Below the pieces are notes generated by a model. It searched no databases. It was not told the DNA's origin and saw only the letters and a list, made by a program, of their open reading frames with translations. From Bacteroidota bacterium (GTDB lineage Bacteria > Bacteroidota > Bacteroidia > Chitinophagales > Chitinophagaceae), in NCBI GenBank assembly GCA_039798125.1, contig JBDKGO010000001.1:145-64144 (forward strand): DNA of 64,000 bases, in the 5' to 3' direction. Position 1 is the first letter of the stretch; each line of letters opens with the position of its first letter. A program made the position numbers and the translations under genes. This document shows positions 39,407-49,567 of the stretch, piece by piece.

Positions 39407-40078
39407 ATGGATGTTAAAATAGAAGAAAGTTGGAAAAAACCATTGGCGCCACTTTTTGAGCGTCCCTATTTTAAACAAATCACTGCACACCTCAAAACAG
39501 AGAAAGCACTTAATCGAACAATTTATCCAAAAGGTAGTCTCATCTTTAATGCATTTGACAAGACACCATATGATCAAGTAAAAGTGGTGCTCCTTGGACA
39601 AGATCCTTACCATCAACCTGGACAAGCCATGGGTCTTAGTTTTTCGGTGCCGCCTGAATGTAAGATTCCACCCTCTTTAATGAATATCTACAAGGAATTG
39701 AATAAAGATATTGGCATGTCCATTCCTACCTCTGGTGATTTAACAAATTGGGCCACTCAAGGTGTTCTATTGCTTAATAGTGCACTAACAGTGAGAGCTG
39801 ATGAACCAGGAAGCCATAGTAAAATTGGATGGACACAATTTACAGATGATTTAATCCAATTATTATCGAATGAAAAGTCAGACTTAGTGTTTATTTTGTG
39901 GGGCAATTATGCAAGTCAAAAGCAAATCTTAATTGACGCAACAAAACATAAAATTTTAAAAGCGGCACATCCCTCTCCATTAAGTGCCTACAATGGTTTT
40001 TTTGGATGCAAACATTTTAGTGCAACAAACCAATTTTTAAATCAAGTGAAAAAAGACCCAATCGATTGGTCCATTTAA
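39407..40078 (+). CDS. ung: Uracil-DNA glycosylase (family 1)
   Basis: GQDPYH, GLSFS, PPSL.NI, GVLLLN, HPSPLS. Confidence 0.97.
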   Translation: MDVKIEESWKKPLAPLFERPYFKQITAHLKTEKALNRTIYPKGSLIFNAFDKTPYDQVKVVLLGQDPYHQPGQAMGLSFSVPPECKIPPSLMNIYKELNKDIGMSIPTSGDLTNWATQGVLLLNSALTVRADEPGSHSKIGWTQFTDDLIQLLSNEKSDLVFILWGNYASQKQILIDATKHKILKAAHPSPLSAYNGFFGCKHFSATNQFLNQVKKDPIDWSI

Positions 40079-40079
40079 A

Positions 40080-40823
40080 ATGACAGATAAATTAATATTA
40101 TACAGGGGAAGAATATTGGCATTATGGGCATTGCTCGTTTTTGCATCCACTATGTTTCTATTTATTTGGTTTTACCTAGCATGCTTTTTTTTACAAGAAC
40201 CAAACAAAACAAGATGGCATAGAACAATTTCAAGGATATGGATGGGGCTATTTTTAACTTTATCGGGTTTAAGATTTACTGTCACAGGCAAACATCATTT
40301 TAAGTATATAGGGCCAGCAATAGTTATTTGTAATCATAATAGTTTGATTGATGTACCATTGAGTACCCCCTTTTTACCAAGAGCGAATAAAACCATTGCT
40401 AAGAAAAGTTTTATTTACGTGCCAATTTTTGGATGGATATATCAATTTGGATCAGTAATTGTAGATAGAAAAAATGATCAAAGTAGAAGAACAAGTTACG
40501 ATGATATGAAGCGTGTTTTAGATAATGGATTGGATATGCTTATCTATCCCGAAGGGACTCGAAATAAAACTTCTGAACCAATGAAATCTTTTTACGATGG
40601 TGCTTTTAAATTAGCAGTCGATACACAAAAGCCAATCATACCTGTTGTGTTATTAAATACAAAAAAGATTTTACCCGCTTACCCAATCATGTGTTTTAAA
40701 CCAGGTCGCATTCAAATGGATATCTTGACACCAATCTCTAGTGAAGGACATACTGTTCAATCATTGAAACAGTTGGCTTTTGAAACCATGTCTACTCATT
40801 ACAAGAAGTTTAATCCAGCTTAA
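40080..40823 (+). CDS. 1-acyl-sn-glycerol-3-phosphate acyltransferase (PlsC family)
   Basis: NHNSLID (HX4D), VDR, YPEGTR. Confidence 0.92.
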   Translation: MTDKLILYRGRILALWALLVFASTMFLFIWFYLACFFLQEPNKTRWHRTISRIWMGLFLTLSGLRFTVTGKHHFKYIGPAIVICNHNSLIDVPLSTPFLPRANKTIAKKSFIYVPIFGWIYQFGSVIVDRKNDQSRRTSYDDMKRVLDNGLDMLIYPEGTRNKTSEPMKSFYDGAFKLAVDTQKPIIPVVLLNTKKILPAYPIMCFKPGRIQMDILTPISSEGHTVQSLKQLAFETMSTHYKKFNPA

Positions 40824-43414
40824 TACGTTGAATTAGAGAAAGTCCTACTGCGGTTGATTTTAAGGTCTCTTAAGATACCAGATTTTGGATTCACAGTAAT
40901 ATTAAATGACCTATAAATACCAATAGGCATTACATTGATAGCCAATTGCCAACAATGCATTTCTCTTGTGATAAATAAGCTTAATTGTTGAACAGAAACT
41001 TTAGTTAAGTCTACAAAACTACTACCCCCTACCTTCCATTTTGGTGATACACTAAAATCACCCGTCAAATTTAAAGTAGAAAATGTTTGTAATTTGAACC
41101 CTGAATAATCTGGTTGCATCGTTTTAGAAAACTGAAATGAGTAAGACAGATTTAAAGTCCATGGTGTATTAAAATCCGTAAATTCAGCTGGATTAGACCT
41201 TACATACATTAACTGTCTTTGTTGTTCATCGGGTGTCATGAATGGATCTATTGGAATTGCCTTTTTTTCATCCTTATTTTTATCTTTTGATTTGCTTGCA
41301 AAAGAGGTTGAAAAAGATACGCCACCATTTGTGATACTACCTAATTTCAAACGAGAAGGATCAATCGCTAATTTATTCACTCTAAATCCTTGCGAATCTG
41401 TTTCGTAAGGGTCTAAACTAAAGGATGTAGTGATATTTAATTTTTCAAATAAGGTTGTTCTTGCATAAAAATTAAATCCACCTAATGCAAAGCTGTCTGC
41501 TAAAAAATTATAATTAGAGTTAAATCCAAAACCTTCAATTAACTTAAATTTCTTAAAAGCATCTGCACTCGTGTCTTGCTTGTCTTTTACTTTCATTTCT
41601 AAAAAATTGTCAACACCAAAACCCAATCCTCCGAATTGACCTTCGCTAAATGCACCACCTAATCCATTGCCATCATATTTTGAAAATCGATAAGTTCTAC
41701 CACTTGGATCTACTTGTGTGCTATAATGATAAGACTTAGCCATATCTGGCTTATAGTTAAGGGAAACAGATGGTCTAATTTCATGACGAATTGCTTTTAG
41801 ATTCCCTTTTTTAAATTTATACGTACCAAAAATTCTGGTAGCTGTACCTACTCCAAAACTCATTTGGGTCGCTCTGTAAAAACCACGATTAATTGTAGTA
41901 TCTACTTTTTGTAATTGACTATTCCAAGTTTTGATATTTTGTTGACCGAACCATTTTTCTTCTAATGAAATGCTTGGTGCTATTGTGATAGGCCCAAGAG
42001 AAGGAAGTGACAAAGTAATTGGAATACTATGGTTTGCGCCCCATTGCATGGTGTCTAAAATCCTTTGTATACTGAACGAAGAATCATAGAAAGACAATTG
42101 ATTTTGAATATTACCATTATATCCAATACCTATTTTCTCATACCACTTCCCAGCACCAACCTGGTCTTTTGACTGAAAAGGATACACTGTAATAGCATTG
42201 AAGTTGATATTTGGTAAACTCATATTCACCAATCCCAAGTTATTATTTTGGTTATGTGTTAAGTTGACAGATAAATTGTATTTATTGTTCCATGACTTAC
42301 TATATGAAACCGATGAACTAATCTGGTTTTGAAAATTTTGCGTGGCATTATTCAATAAATTTCGATTGTACTTGGTACTACCAAAATTGACATTGGCTGT
42401 AAAACTATTACCAGGTTTAGCTTTTGGATCCATTGAATGAGACCAATTGATCATGTAAGTGTTACCTCCAGTAAATTCATCTGCAATTGAATTATTTCTA
42501 TTCAGTGCCCTGGTTTTTTGAAGACTTAAATTAAAATTACCAAGGTATTTATAACGTTGGATGTACTTACTATTCATATTGATATTCCAACCACCGTATG
42601 AATAAAGATTGGCTCTTACGGTAGCATCCATGTGTTGATTAATGACTTTATAATAACCTATCCCCTCAAAACCAAGTCCAAAGTCTTCACTAGAGGTAAA
42701 TGCTGGCGCCATAAAACCAGATTGGCCTCCAGATTTATTTAATGGAAAAATTCCAAAAGGTATACCAATTGGCATGGGCACCCCTTCAAATTCTGGGAAA
42801 GCAGGTCCTGAGACCCCAATTTTATTGGTGACAATTTTGAGCTTATTGGTTCTAAACGCAAAATGGGGTTCATCCAAATTACAGGTAGTGAATCTTGCTT
42901 TCCACGCAAAAGCATCCGTGGGATTAACTTTTTTCATGGCTTCAGCTTGAACAAAAATCTCGCCCTGTTGAAAATTGCTATTTTTAGTTAAGCCTCTGCC
43001 AGATTGTAGATTATAAAAAATGGAATCATTGATGGAATTTAAGTCCCCCTCTTTAAACCTCGGTTTACTTTTTAAATTTCCTGTACTGTCTTTAGCGCCG
43101 TATGCAGTAATATTCTGCGTTTCTTGGTCAAATATGATCTTCCCCGCCTCCAACTTAGCTGTTTTATAGGATGTTTTAGCATTTCCATATAAGAAGAAAA
43201 TCTTCTCTTTTAATAGCATTACCCCAGAATCCGAAGCATTGTAACTGATCACCGCATCTACACTATCTTTGGAAATTTGGATCTTTTTCTTGGTCAAACT
43301 ATCCGTCTGAGCATATAAATTTGAATGAATAGCAGAAATTAATATCGTTAAAATGAGGATTTTAACAATAGAGAGGGGCTTTTTTGCGTTATTTTTATAT
43401 CCGGTTAGGTTCAC
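40820..43414 (-). CDS. lptD: Putative LPS assembly protein LptD (Bacteroidota type)
   Basis: FTTCNLDEPH, beta-barrel, REMHCW, terminal ILRDLK; GTG start at 43414 inferred from TATTTTTG at 43420-43427. Confidence 0.85.
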   Translation of the reverse strand: MNLTGYKNNAKKPLSIVKILILTILISAIHSNLYAQTDSLTKKKIQISKDSVDAVISYNASDSGVMLLKEKIFFLYGNAKTSYKTAKLEAGKIIFDQETQNITAYGAKDSTGNLKSKPRFKEGDLNSINDSIFYNLQSGRGLTKNSNFQQGEIFVQAEAMKKVNPTDAFAWKARFTTCNLDEPHFAFRTNKLKIVTNKIGVSGPAFPEFEGVPMPIGIPFGIFPLNKSGGQSGFMAPAFTSSEDFGLGFEGIGYYKVINQHMDATVRANLYSYGGWNINMNSKYIQRYKYLGNFNLSLQKTRALNRNNSIADEFTGGNTYMINWSHSMDPKAKPGNSFTANVNFGSTKYNRNLLNNATQNFQNQISSSVSYSKSWNNKYNLSVNLTHNQNNNLGLVNMSLPNINFNAITVYPFQSKDQVGAGKWYEKIGIGYNGNIQNQLSFYDSSFSIQRILDTMQWGANHSIPITLSLPSLGPITIAPSISLEEKWFGQQNIKTWNSQLQKVDTTINRGFYRATQMSFGVGTATRIFGTYKFKKGNLKAIRHEIRPSVSLNYKPDMAKSYHYSTQVDPSGRTYRFSKYDGNGLGGAFSEGQFGGLGFGVDNFLEMKVKDKQDTSADAFKKFKLIEGFGFNSNYNFLADSFALGGFNFYARTTLFEKLNITTSFSLDPYETDSQGFRVNKLAIDPSRLKLGSITNGGVSFSTSFASKSKDKNKDEKKAIPIDPFMTPDEQQRQLMYVRSNPAEFTDFNTPWTLNLSYSFQFSKTMQPDYSGFKLQTFSTLNLTGDFSVSPKWKVGGSSFVDLTKVSVQQLSLFITREMHCWQLAINVMPIGIYRSFNITVNPKSGILRDLKINRSRTFSNSTY

Positions 43415-43454
43415 TCTAGCAAAAATAAAGTAAAACAATGTTAAGGAACTGATT

Positions 43455-44393
43455 ATGAAGCAAAATAGAATGATTTTAGCATTTAGTTTTAGTCTAATTG
43501 CCCTTTTTAGCAGTCTTGGACAAAGTCTACAAGCCCAAACCCCAACAAAATCATTAAAACGTATTGTAATTGACCCAGGTCATGGCGGAACAGATATTGG
43601 ATCAAAAGGTAAATATTCCACCGAGGCAGCTATTTCTTTGGCAATTGCTTTAAAATTAGAAGAATATATCAAACAAGCCATGCCAGATGTAGAAGTGGTC
43701 ATGACTAGAACAACAGATATCTACCACTCTGTTGTGGAAAAGGCTAAAATAGCCAATGCAGCTAAAGGGGACTTATTTGTTTGTATCCATACCAATGCGG
43801 CAAGAGGAAAGGCAGTTAGAGAAGTAGTTGGATATACCAAGAAAACCTATACAGTCAAGAAAAAAGGTAAAAAAAGAAAAGTAACAAGAGATGTGCCTAT
43901 TTACAAGACGACCTATATACCAAGTACAGCAAAAGGAACAGAGACCTATATCTATAATGTTGGGAAATCTGATTTTAGAAAAGAACTTGCAGGAGAAATG
44001 GTAGATGAAGTGGTAGAGCAATTAGACTCAGTGTCATTGAAACAAATTAAAGAATACGAATCAGAAATTGATCCAACTAAGAAAATGATGGCTAGTATCT
44101 TGGCACAACAATATTTTCAAAGAGCTGCAAGTTTAGCCTTAACCATCGAAGAAGAATTTAAAGCAGCAGGAAGAGTCAGTAGAGAGGCTAAACAAAGACC
44201 AACTGGTATTTGGGTTTTACAAGCAGTTGCCATGCCAGCAGTATTAATTGAGACAGGTTTTATCTCCAATCCCGAAGAGGAAGAGTACCTAAATAGTGAA
44301 ATAGGTCAAAATGAACTCTGCGAAGCCATTACCAAGGCTTTACTACGCTATAAGAATTCTTTGGAGAATCAACAGAAAGCAAACGGGAATTAG
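43455..44393 (+). CDS. N-acetylmuramoyl-L-alanine amidase (Amidase_3)
   Basis: VIDPGHGG, E, IHTNA, GTETY, MPAVLIETGFISN. Confidence 0.93.
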   Translation: MKQNRMILAFSFSLIALFSSLGQSLQAQTPTKSLKRIVIDPGHGGTDIGSKGKYSTEAAISLAIALKLEEYIKQAMPDVEVVMTRTTDIYHSVVEKAKIANAAKGDLFVCIHTNAARGKAVREVVGYTKKTYTVKKKGKKRKVTRDVPIYKTTYIPSTAKGTETYIYNVGKSDFRKELAGEMVDEVVEQLDSVSLKQIKEYESEIDPTKKMMASILAQQYFQRAASLALTIEEEFKAAGRVSREAKQRPTGIWVLQAVAMPAVLIETGFISNPEEEEYLNSEIGQNELCEAITKALLRYKNSLENQQKANGN

Positions 44394-44439
44394 GGTATTT
44401 TTTAGCTAATTTTGTCTTGAACTCAAGCAATCGTATACC

Positions 44440-45444
44440 ATGCGTGTATCTAATGAAACTAAAGTAGGTGCTTTAACTGTTATTGCAGTAACCTTAATGA
44501 TATTAGGATTTAATTTTCTTAAAGGAAAGACCTTCTTTAAATCAGGGACATTTATTTATGCTAAATATGCAGATACTAAAGGATTGATTGTTTCTAATCC
44601 TGTATTCGTGAATGGATTTCAAGTTGGAACTGTTTTTGAAATCGAAAACATGAACAACAATTTGTCAGAACTAGTTGTATGTATTAAGTTAAATCAATTG
44701 TATAAAATTCCAAAGAACTCAATTGCAACCATTCAAGAAAATCCTTTAGGAACAAACGCGATCAATATTATTCAAGGCACTAGTTCATCTTTGATTGTGA
44801 GTGGTGATACCATACAATCTGCCCCAGCAACTAGTTTATTAGGTGATTTAATGAATGAATTGTCTCCAGTTGGGGAACAAGTAAAAAATACCATTCGTTC
44901 TTTAGAACTCGTTTTGAATAATGTCAATAAAACATTGGACGATGAGAATAGACAAAATTTTAAAGTAATCCTCGAAAATCTTTCAACAACAACAATTAAT
45001 TTAAATAAATCACTTGCATCTATTGAAGGGATGGTCAATCAACAAAATGGTTCAATTGCAAAAACAGCAGATAATTTAAATGTGTTTACTGCTAATTTGA
45101 ATCAGAACAACCAGAAGATTTCCAACATTTTGACCAATTTAGATAGTACCACAAAATCTATCAAAGATGCCGATTTGTATGAGACGATAAAGTCGCTTCA
45201 AACCACTTTGGTTTCACTAAATACAACCATCAGTAAATTAAACAATGGCAACGGAACAGCATCAAAATTATTGAGTGACCCAGCCATGTACAACCAGCTT
45301 CAAAGTACGATCAAAAGTGTCAACACCTTGGTGGATGATATTAAAGTACACCCTAAGCGCTATATCAGTGTTTCAGTATTTGGCAAAAAGGATAAAAGAA
45401 CGCCTTTGACTAAACCATTATCGGATACTTTGGATCATGAATAA
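44440..45444 (+). CDS. mlaD: MlaD/MCE family protein
   Basis: SNETKVG TM anchor, GL....PV..NG..VG MCE motif, coiled coil, DIK.HPKRY. Confidence 0.88.
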   Translation: MRVSNETKVGALTVIAVTLMILGFNFLKGKTFFKSGTFIYAKYADTKGLIVSNPVFVNGFQVGTVFEIENMNNNLSELVVCIKLNQLYKIPKNSIATIQENPLGTNAINIIQGTSSSLIVSGDTIQSAPATSLLGDLMNELSPVGEQVKNTIRSLELVLNNVNKTLDDENRQNFKVILENLSTTTINLNKSLASIEGMVNQQNGSIAKTADNLNVFTANLNQNNQKISNILTNLDSTTKSIKDADLYETIKSLQTTLVSLNTTISKLNNGNGTASKLLSDPAMYNQLQSTIKSVNTLVDDIKVHPKRYISVSVFGKKDKRTPLTKPLSDTLDHE

Positions 45445-47035
45445 ATTTCTGCCTTATATTTTATGCTGCTTTGGTATATTATTTTCATTGCAAGCCAAAA
45501 GCCAAGATACTGCTGCAGTTAAAAGCACAGGGAAATTAATTGAATTCCTTTCTGCCGAATCTTACAATATCAAAAAACAGGACAGCCAGGATTTTTTGAT
45601 CCTTGTTGGACATGTTAAAGTGAGACAAGCAAATACTTTACTATATGGTGACAGTATCATATTAAACGCTACAAAAAATAGTTTAGAGGGATTTGGCAAA
45701 GTGCATATCAATGATGCTGATTCTGTACACACTTATGCAGACTATTTAAAGTATGATGGCAATACGAAAAAAGCCAAACTAAGAAATCATGTGAAATTAA
45801 CGGATGGCAGAGGTACATTAACAACAGATTCATTGGATTATGATGTTTCAATTAAAATTGGAGTATATAAAAAGGGCGGCAAATTGGTTCGCAACAAAAC
45901 AATTCTAAAGAGTACAGAAGGCGTTTATTATGGCATCACCAGAGACGTATTATTTAGAAATAAAGTGTCCTTAATTGATCCAGACAATAGCATCTTCACA
46001 GATACCTTAGAATACAATACCTATTCCCAATTGGCTAATTTTATTAGTCCCACAAAAATCATAAGTGGTTCAAGAATTATAAAAACAAAAAATGGTAATT
46101 ATAATATAGGCACCAAAAAAGGTTACTTATATGAACGTGCTTCTATAGACGATAGTAGCTATTTTTTCATTGCAGACGAAATGGCTATTGATGACTCACT
46201 GGGTTTAGGTGAATTTAGAGGCAATGCCGTTTATAAATCTAAGGATAGTTTAAGCTTTGATTTATTGGCAAATAATATTAAGACCAATCGAAATAAAGAT
46301 ATTTTATTAGCAACAGAATTGCCTGTTTTATTGATTAAGCAACCTAAAGATACAATGTATATAAGTGCAGATACTTTGTACAGTGGAAGATTAAGTGATT
46401 TAAAAAGAAAAATGCCAAGAGCAAGAGCTAAAGAAGGCGTTTTGCAAGATTCAAGTTTGAATAAATATTTTGAAGCTTTTCATCATGTAAAAATTTATTC
46501 CGATTCGATGCAAGCTGTGGCAGATAGTTTATTTTATGGTTTGGCAGACTCGACAATTCGACTTCATAATAATCCCATACTTTGGGTCAATCAAAATCAA
46601 ATTAATGGGGATACCGTTTATATGCTTTTAAATAATAGGAAGGCCGAACAATTAAGAATATTAAACAATGCAATGGCCATAAGTCCTGTAGACAGTACCG
46701 ATTATTTTAATCAACTAAAAGGCAATACGATTGTTGTAGATTTTATAGATGGTAAAATTCAACAAATGCAGACCAAGGGCAGTGCAGAAAATATTTATTT
46801 CACTACAGACAATGAAGAAAAGTTTATTGGAGTCAACCAATCCAATGCGCAAATCATCACTATTCAATTTGAAAATGATGAACCTTCAAAAATTATTTAC
46901 ATCAATCAGTTGAATGGGAAAATGACCCCCCTATTTGATGTACCAAAATCGGAATTAAGAATGAGAAACTTTAAATGGTGGAATGACTTGCAACCAAAAA
47001 CAAAGTTTGATATTTTATCTCCAAAAGCCAATTAA
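45437..47035 (+). CDS. OstA/LptA-like beta-jellyroll protein
   Basis: Signal peptide; repeated DS/DT-rich beta repeats (GHVKVRQ...GDS, DSLFY..DS.I.L..NPILW). Confidence 0.82.
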   Translation: MNKFLPYILCCFGILFSLQAKSQDTAAVKSTGKLIEFLSAESYNIKKQDSQDFLILVGHVKVRQANTLLYGDSIILNATKNSLEGFGKVHINDADSVHTYADYLKYDGNTKKAKLRNHVKLTDGRGTLTTDSLDYDVSIKIGVYKKGGKLVRNKTILKSTEGVYYGITRDVLFRNKVSLIDPDNSIFTDTLEYNTYSQLANFISPTKIISGSRIIKTKNGNYNIGTKKGYLYERASIDDSSYFFIADEMAIDDSLGLGEFRGNAVYKSKDSLSFDLLANNIKTNRNKDILLATELPVLLIKQPKDTMYISADTLYSGRLSDLKRKMPRARAKEGVLQDSSLNKYFEAFHHVKIYSDSMQAVADSLFYGLADSTIRLHNNPILWVNQNQINGDTVYMLLNNRKAEQLRILNNAMAISPVDSTDYFNQLKGNTIVVDFIDGKIQQMQTKGSAENIYFTTDNEEKFIGVNQSNAQIITIQFENDEPSKIIYINQLNGKMTPLFDVPKSELRMRNFKWWNDLQPKTKFDILSPKAN

Positions 47036-47038
47036 TCT

Positions 47039-48128
47039 CTAAGAGGCGTCTGTTTTTTCATACATCAAATAGGCTTTAATAAAACCATCTATTTCACCAT
47101 CCATGACTGGGCCAACATTACCCACTTCAAAATCTGTACGGTGGTCTTTGATCATTTTATATGGATGGAATACATAAGATCGAATTTGACTACCCCATTC
47201 TATTTTCTTCTTATTTGCATTCGATGCATTTAAGGCTTCTTGCTTTTTACGCATTTCTTCCTCATATAATCTACTTTTGAGCATCTTCATTGCAATCTCT
47301 CTATTTTCACCCTGCGTTCTGGATTGTTGGCATTCCACAATGATACCCGAAGCGTGTTTTAATCGCACTGCGGTTTCCACTTTATTGACGTTCTGTCCAC
47401 CCTTCCCTCCACTGCGGTAAAACTCCCATTCAATATCTGCAGGATTCACAATGATTTCGATCGTATCATCAATTAAAGGATATACATAAACCGATGCAAA
47501 ACTTGTATGACGTCTTGCATTGCTATCAAATGGTGAAATTCTAACTAAACGATGCACCCCCGATTCTGCTTTTAAAAAACCAAAAGCAAAAGGGCCATCA
47601 AACTGAATAGTGGCAGATTTAATTCCAGCACCATCCCCTTCTTGATAATCTAAAGAAGTGACTGTCCATCCTTGCTTTTCACCATACATGGTGTACATTC
47701 TTAACAGCATTTCTGCCCAATCCTGACTTTCGGTACCACCTGCACCTGGGTTAATTTGTAAGATAGCTGGTAATTCATCTTCTGGTTGATTGAGTGTACT
47801 TTTAAACTCAGCATCTTCAATGGCCACCATCGCTTGATCAAATGCAATTTTAGTTTCTTCCTCTGTAGCATCTCCTGCTTTCCAGAATTCAAAAAGTACT
47901 ACAAAGTCTTCGACAGATGTTTCCAACTGCTGGTACATACCAGTCCAATATTCATTTAATTTAATCTCCTTCATCGTGGCGGTTGCACGCTTGTTGTCAT
48001 CCCAAAAACCTGGAGATAGAGAAAGTTGTTTGTCTAAATGTATTTTTTGTAATCGGTTTTCAACGTCAAAGAAACCTCCTCAGGACACTCACTTGGTCCT
48101 TCATACGCTTAATCTGTTCAATCGTCAT
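47039..48128 (-). CDS. prfB: Peptide chain release factor 2 with programmed +1 frameshift
   Basis: ATG 48128 gives MTIEQIKRMKDQVSVLRRFL then AGGAGG-TTT-CTT-TGA-C (48080-48065); downstream frame contains SPF and GGQ motifs. Confidence 0.97.
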
Positions 48129-48161
48129 ATGAATTCATTTTATGTTCAATAAAAAAAAGTA

Positions 48162-48503
48162 ACTACAAACCTCATAAGCCGGATTCTGTTTCTAAACTAT
48201 CATTTATCTAGCCTTAACATTACTGCTAAGGTCTTGCTGCCTACCCTGGGACTCGAACGAGTCGCTCTCAAACGTCCCTTTACATGGCATTACAGCACCC
48301 AAGGTTTACCCAATAAAACAATCACTTGCCTTATTCGTGAGCTCTTACCTCACGTTTTCACCTTTTCCTCTTGCGAGGTAGTTATTTTCTGTGGCACTTT
48401 CTCTATCCCATTGCTGAGATGCCGGCTATTGACCGGTGGGTTACCCTATGCTGTCCGGACTTTCCTTGGCAATTGCTTACCACGATAGTTCGGGATTGTA
48501 GTC
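48162..48503 (-). ncRNA. rnpB: RNase P RNA (bacterial type A)
   Basis: Conserved AGGAAAGTCCGG, AGTGCCACAGAAA and AACAGAATCCGGCTTA; P1 ACTACAA/TTGTAGT; TACCTTTG promoter at 48508-48515. Confidence 0.95.
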
Positions 48504-48535
48504 GGGTCAAAGGTAGTAAATTAAAGTGGATGTGC

Positions 48536-49567
48536 TTAATACTCAAAAAAGACTTCCGTTGCGCCATATCCATAGAAATCAGAATATTGGTTGATAAAAC
48601 TTTTGACACCCTTCTTGACTTTTAATAAATCATGTACTTCGTTCTTAAGTTTACCCGAACCAACTCCATGGATAATGATCATTGAAGGCAAATGATTTAA
48701 CTGCGCTAGCTCAAACCATTTTTCAAAAGCTTCTAGTTGAAAATGGATGATTTCGGCATTGGTTAAATGACTATGTCGATCCATTAATTTTTCGATGTGC
48801 AGATCTACCACAGATCTAGCTTTAGGAATATGTTCTTTTATTTTGGAAGCATCATACACTTTATATCCAGCATTTCTTAAAATGTCGATGGCTATATGAT
48901 TGTCTTCGACTTTATCTGGATAAGTACTAAACAATTCATAATCCAAGCTTACTTTGTTGTCTTCCTTTAAAGTTTCAATTTTTTGGAAGATTTGTTTGGG
49001 TTTGATTTTAACAACGGATTCATAATGGTCTGCCTTTTTCTTATGCTGTTCGGTTAAAGAAAAATCAAATGAAAATTGTGGACTATCATTGACTGTAGCA
49101 AATGGAATATCATGAATATAAAAATCGGTAAATGGGGCAATGGTCGACGCAATAGAAAAATCAACCTCGCCTTGTGCAGACTGTTCGTACACAAAATTGT
49201 ATTCAATCCTGGTTTTATTAGATAAGAATATTTTTAGTGTCTCAACCACTTCATCATTGAAATCATCTAGACTAAATTTTGGAACTAAACTCAACCAAAC
49301 ACCAGCATCTTCTTTACTTGCGTTCTTTTGTATTTTCTCCTTAGGAATTTGGTCAACAAAAAGTTTTTGTGGTGCTTTTTTTTCTGGAAATAATTTCTTT
49401 TGGGTAAATCGTTTAAAATAAGGAAAGTCAATCTGATCCATATAGGCTGGAAACTTTACCCCACGTACTTCTATCATCACCATGTCGTCATTCATGATCT
49501 CAATGATATGTCCCTCCTCATTGCTATGCAGTACCAATATTTCATCACCCACTTGATACTTCATCAA
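48536..49567 (-). CDS. Smr/MutS-domain protein (Bacteroidota type)
   Basis: VDLHIEKL, IIHGVGSGKLK, YGYGATEV. Confidence 0.88.
   Translation of the reverse strand: MMKYQVGDEILVLHSNEEGHIIEIMNDDMVMIEVRGVKFPAYMDQIDFPYFKRFTQKKLFPEKKAPQKLFVDQIPKEKIQKNASKEDAGVWLSLVPKFSLDDFNDEVVETLKIFLSNKTRIEYNFVYEQSAQGEVDFSIASTIAPFTDFYIHDIPFATVNDSPQFSFDFSLTEQHKKKADHYESVVKIKPKQIFQKIETLKEDNKVSLDYELFSTYPDKVEDNHIAIDILRNAGYKVYDASKIKEHIPKARSVVDLHIEKLMDRHSHLTNAEIIHFQLEAFEKWFELAQLNHLPSMIIIHGVGSGKLKNEVHDLLKVKKGVKSFINQYSDFYGYGATEVFFEY

Noticed and set aside
48234-48625. Short ORFs at 48234-48488, 48371-48625 and 48403-48609
   Set aside because: They overlap the RNase P RNA gene; spurious
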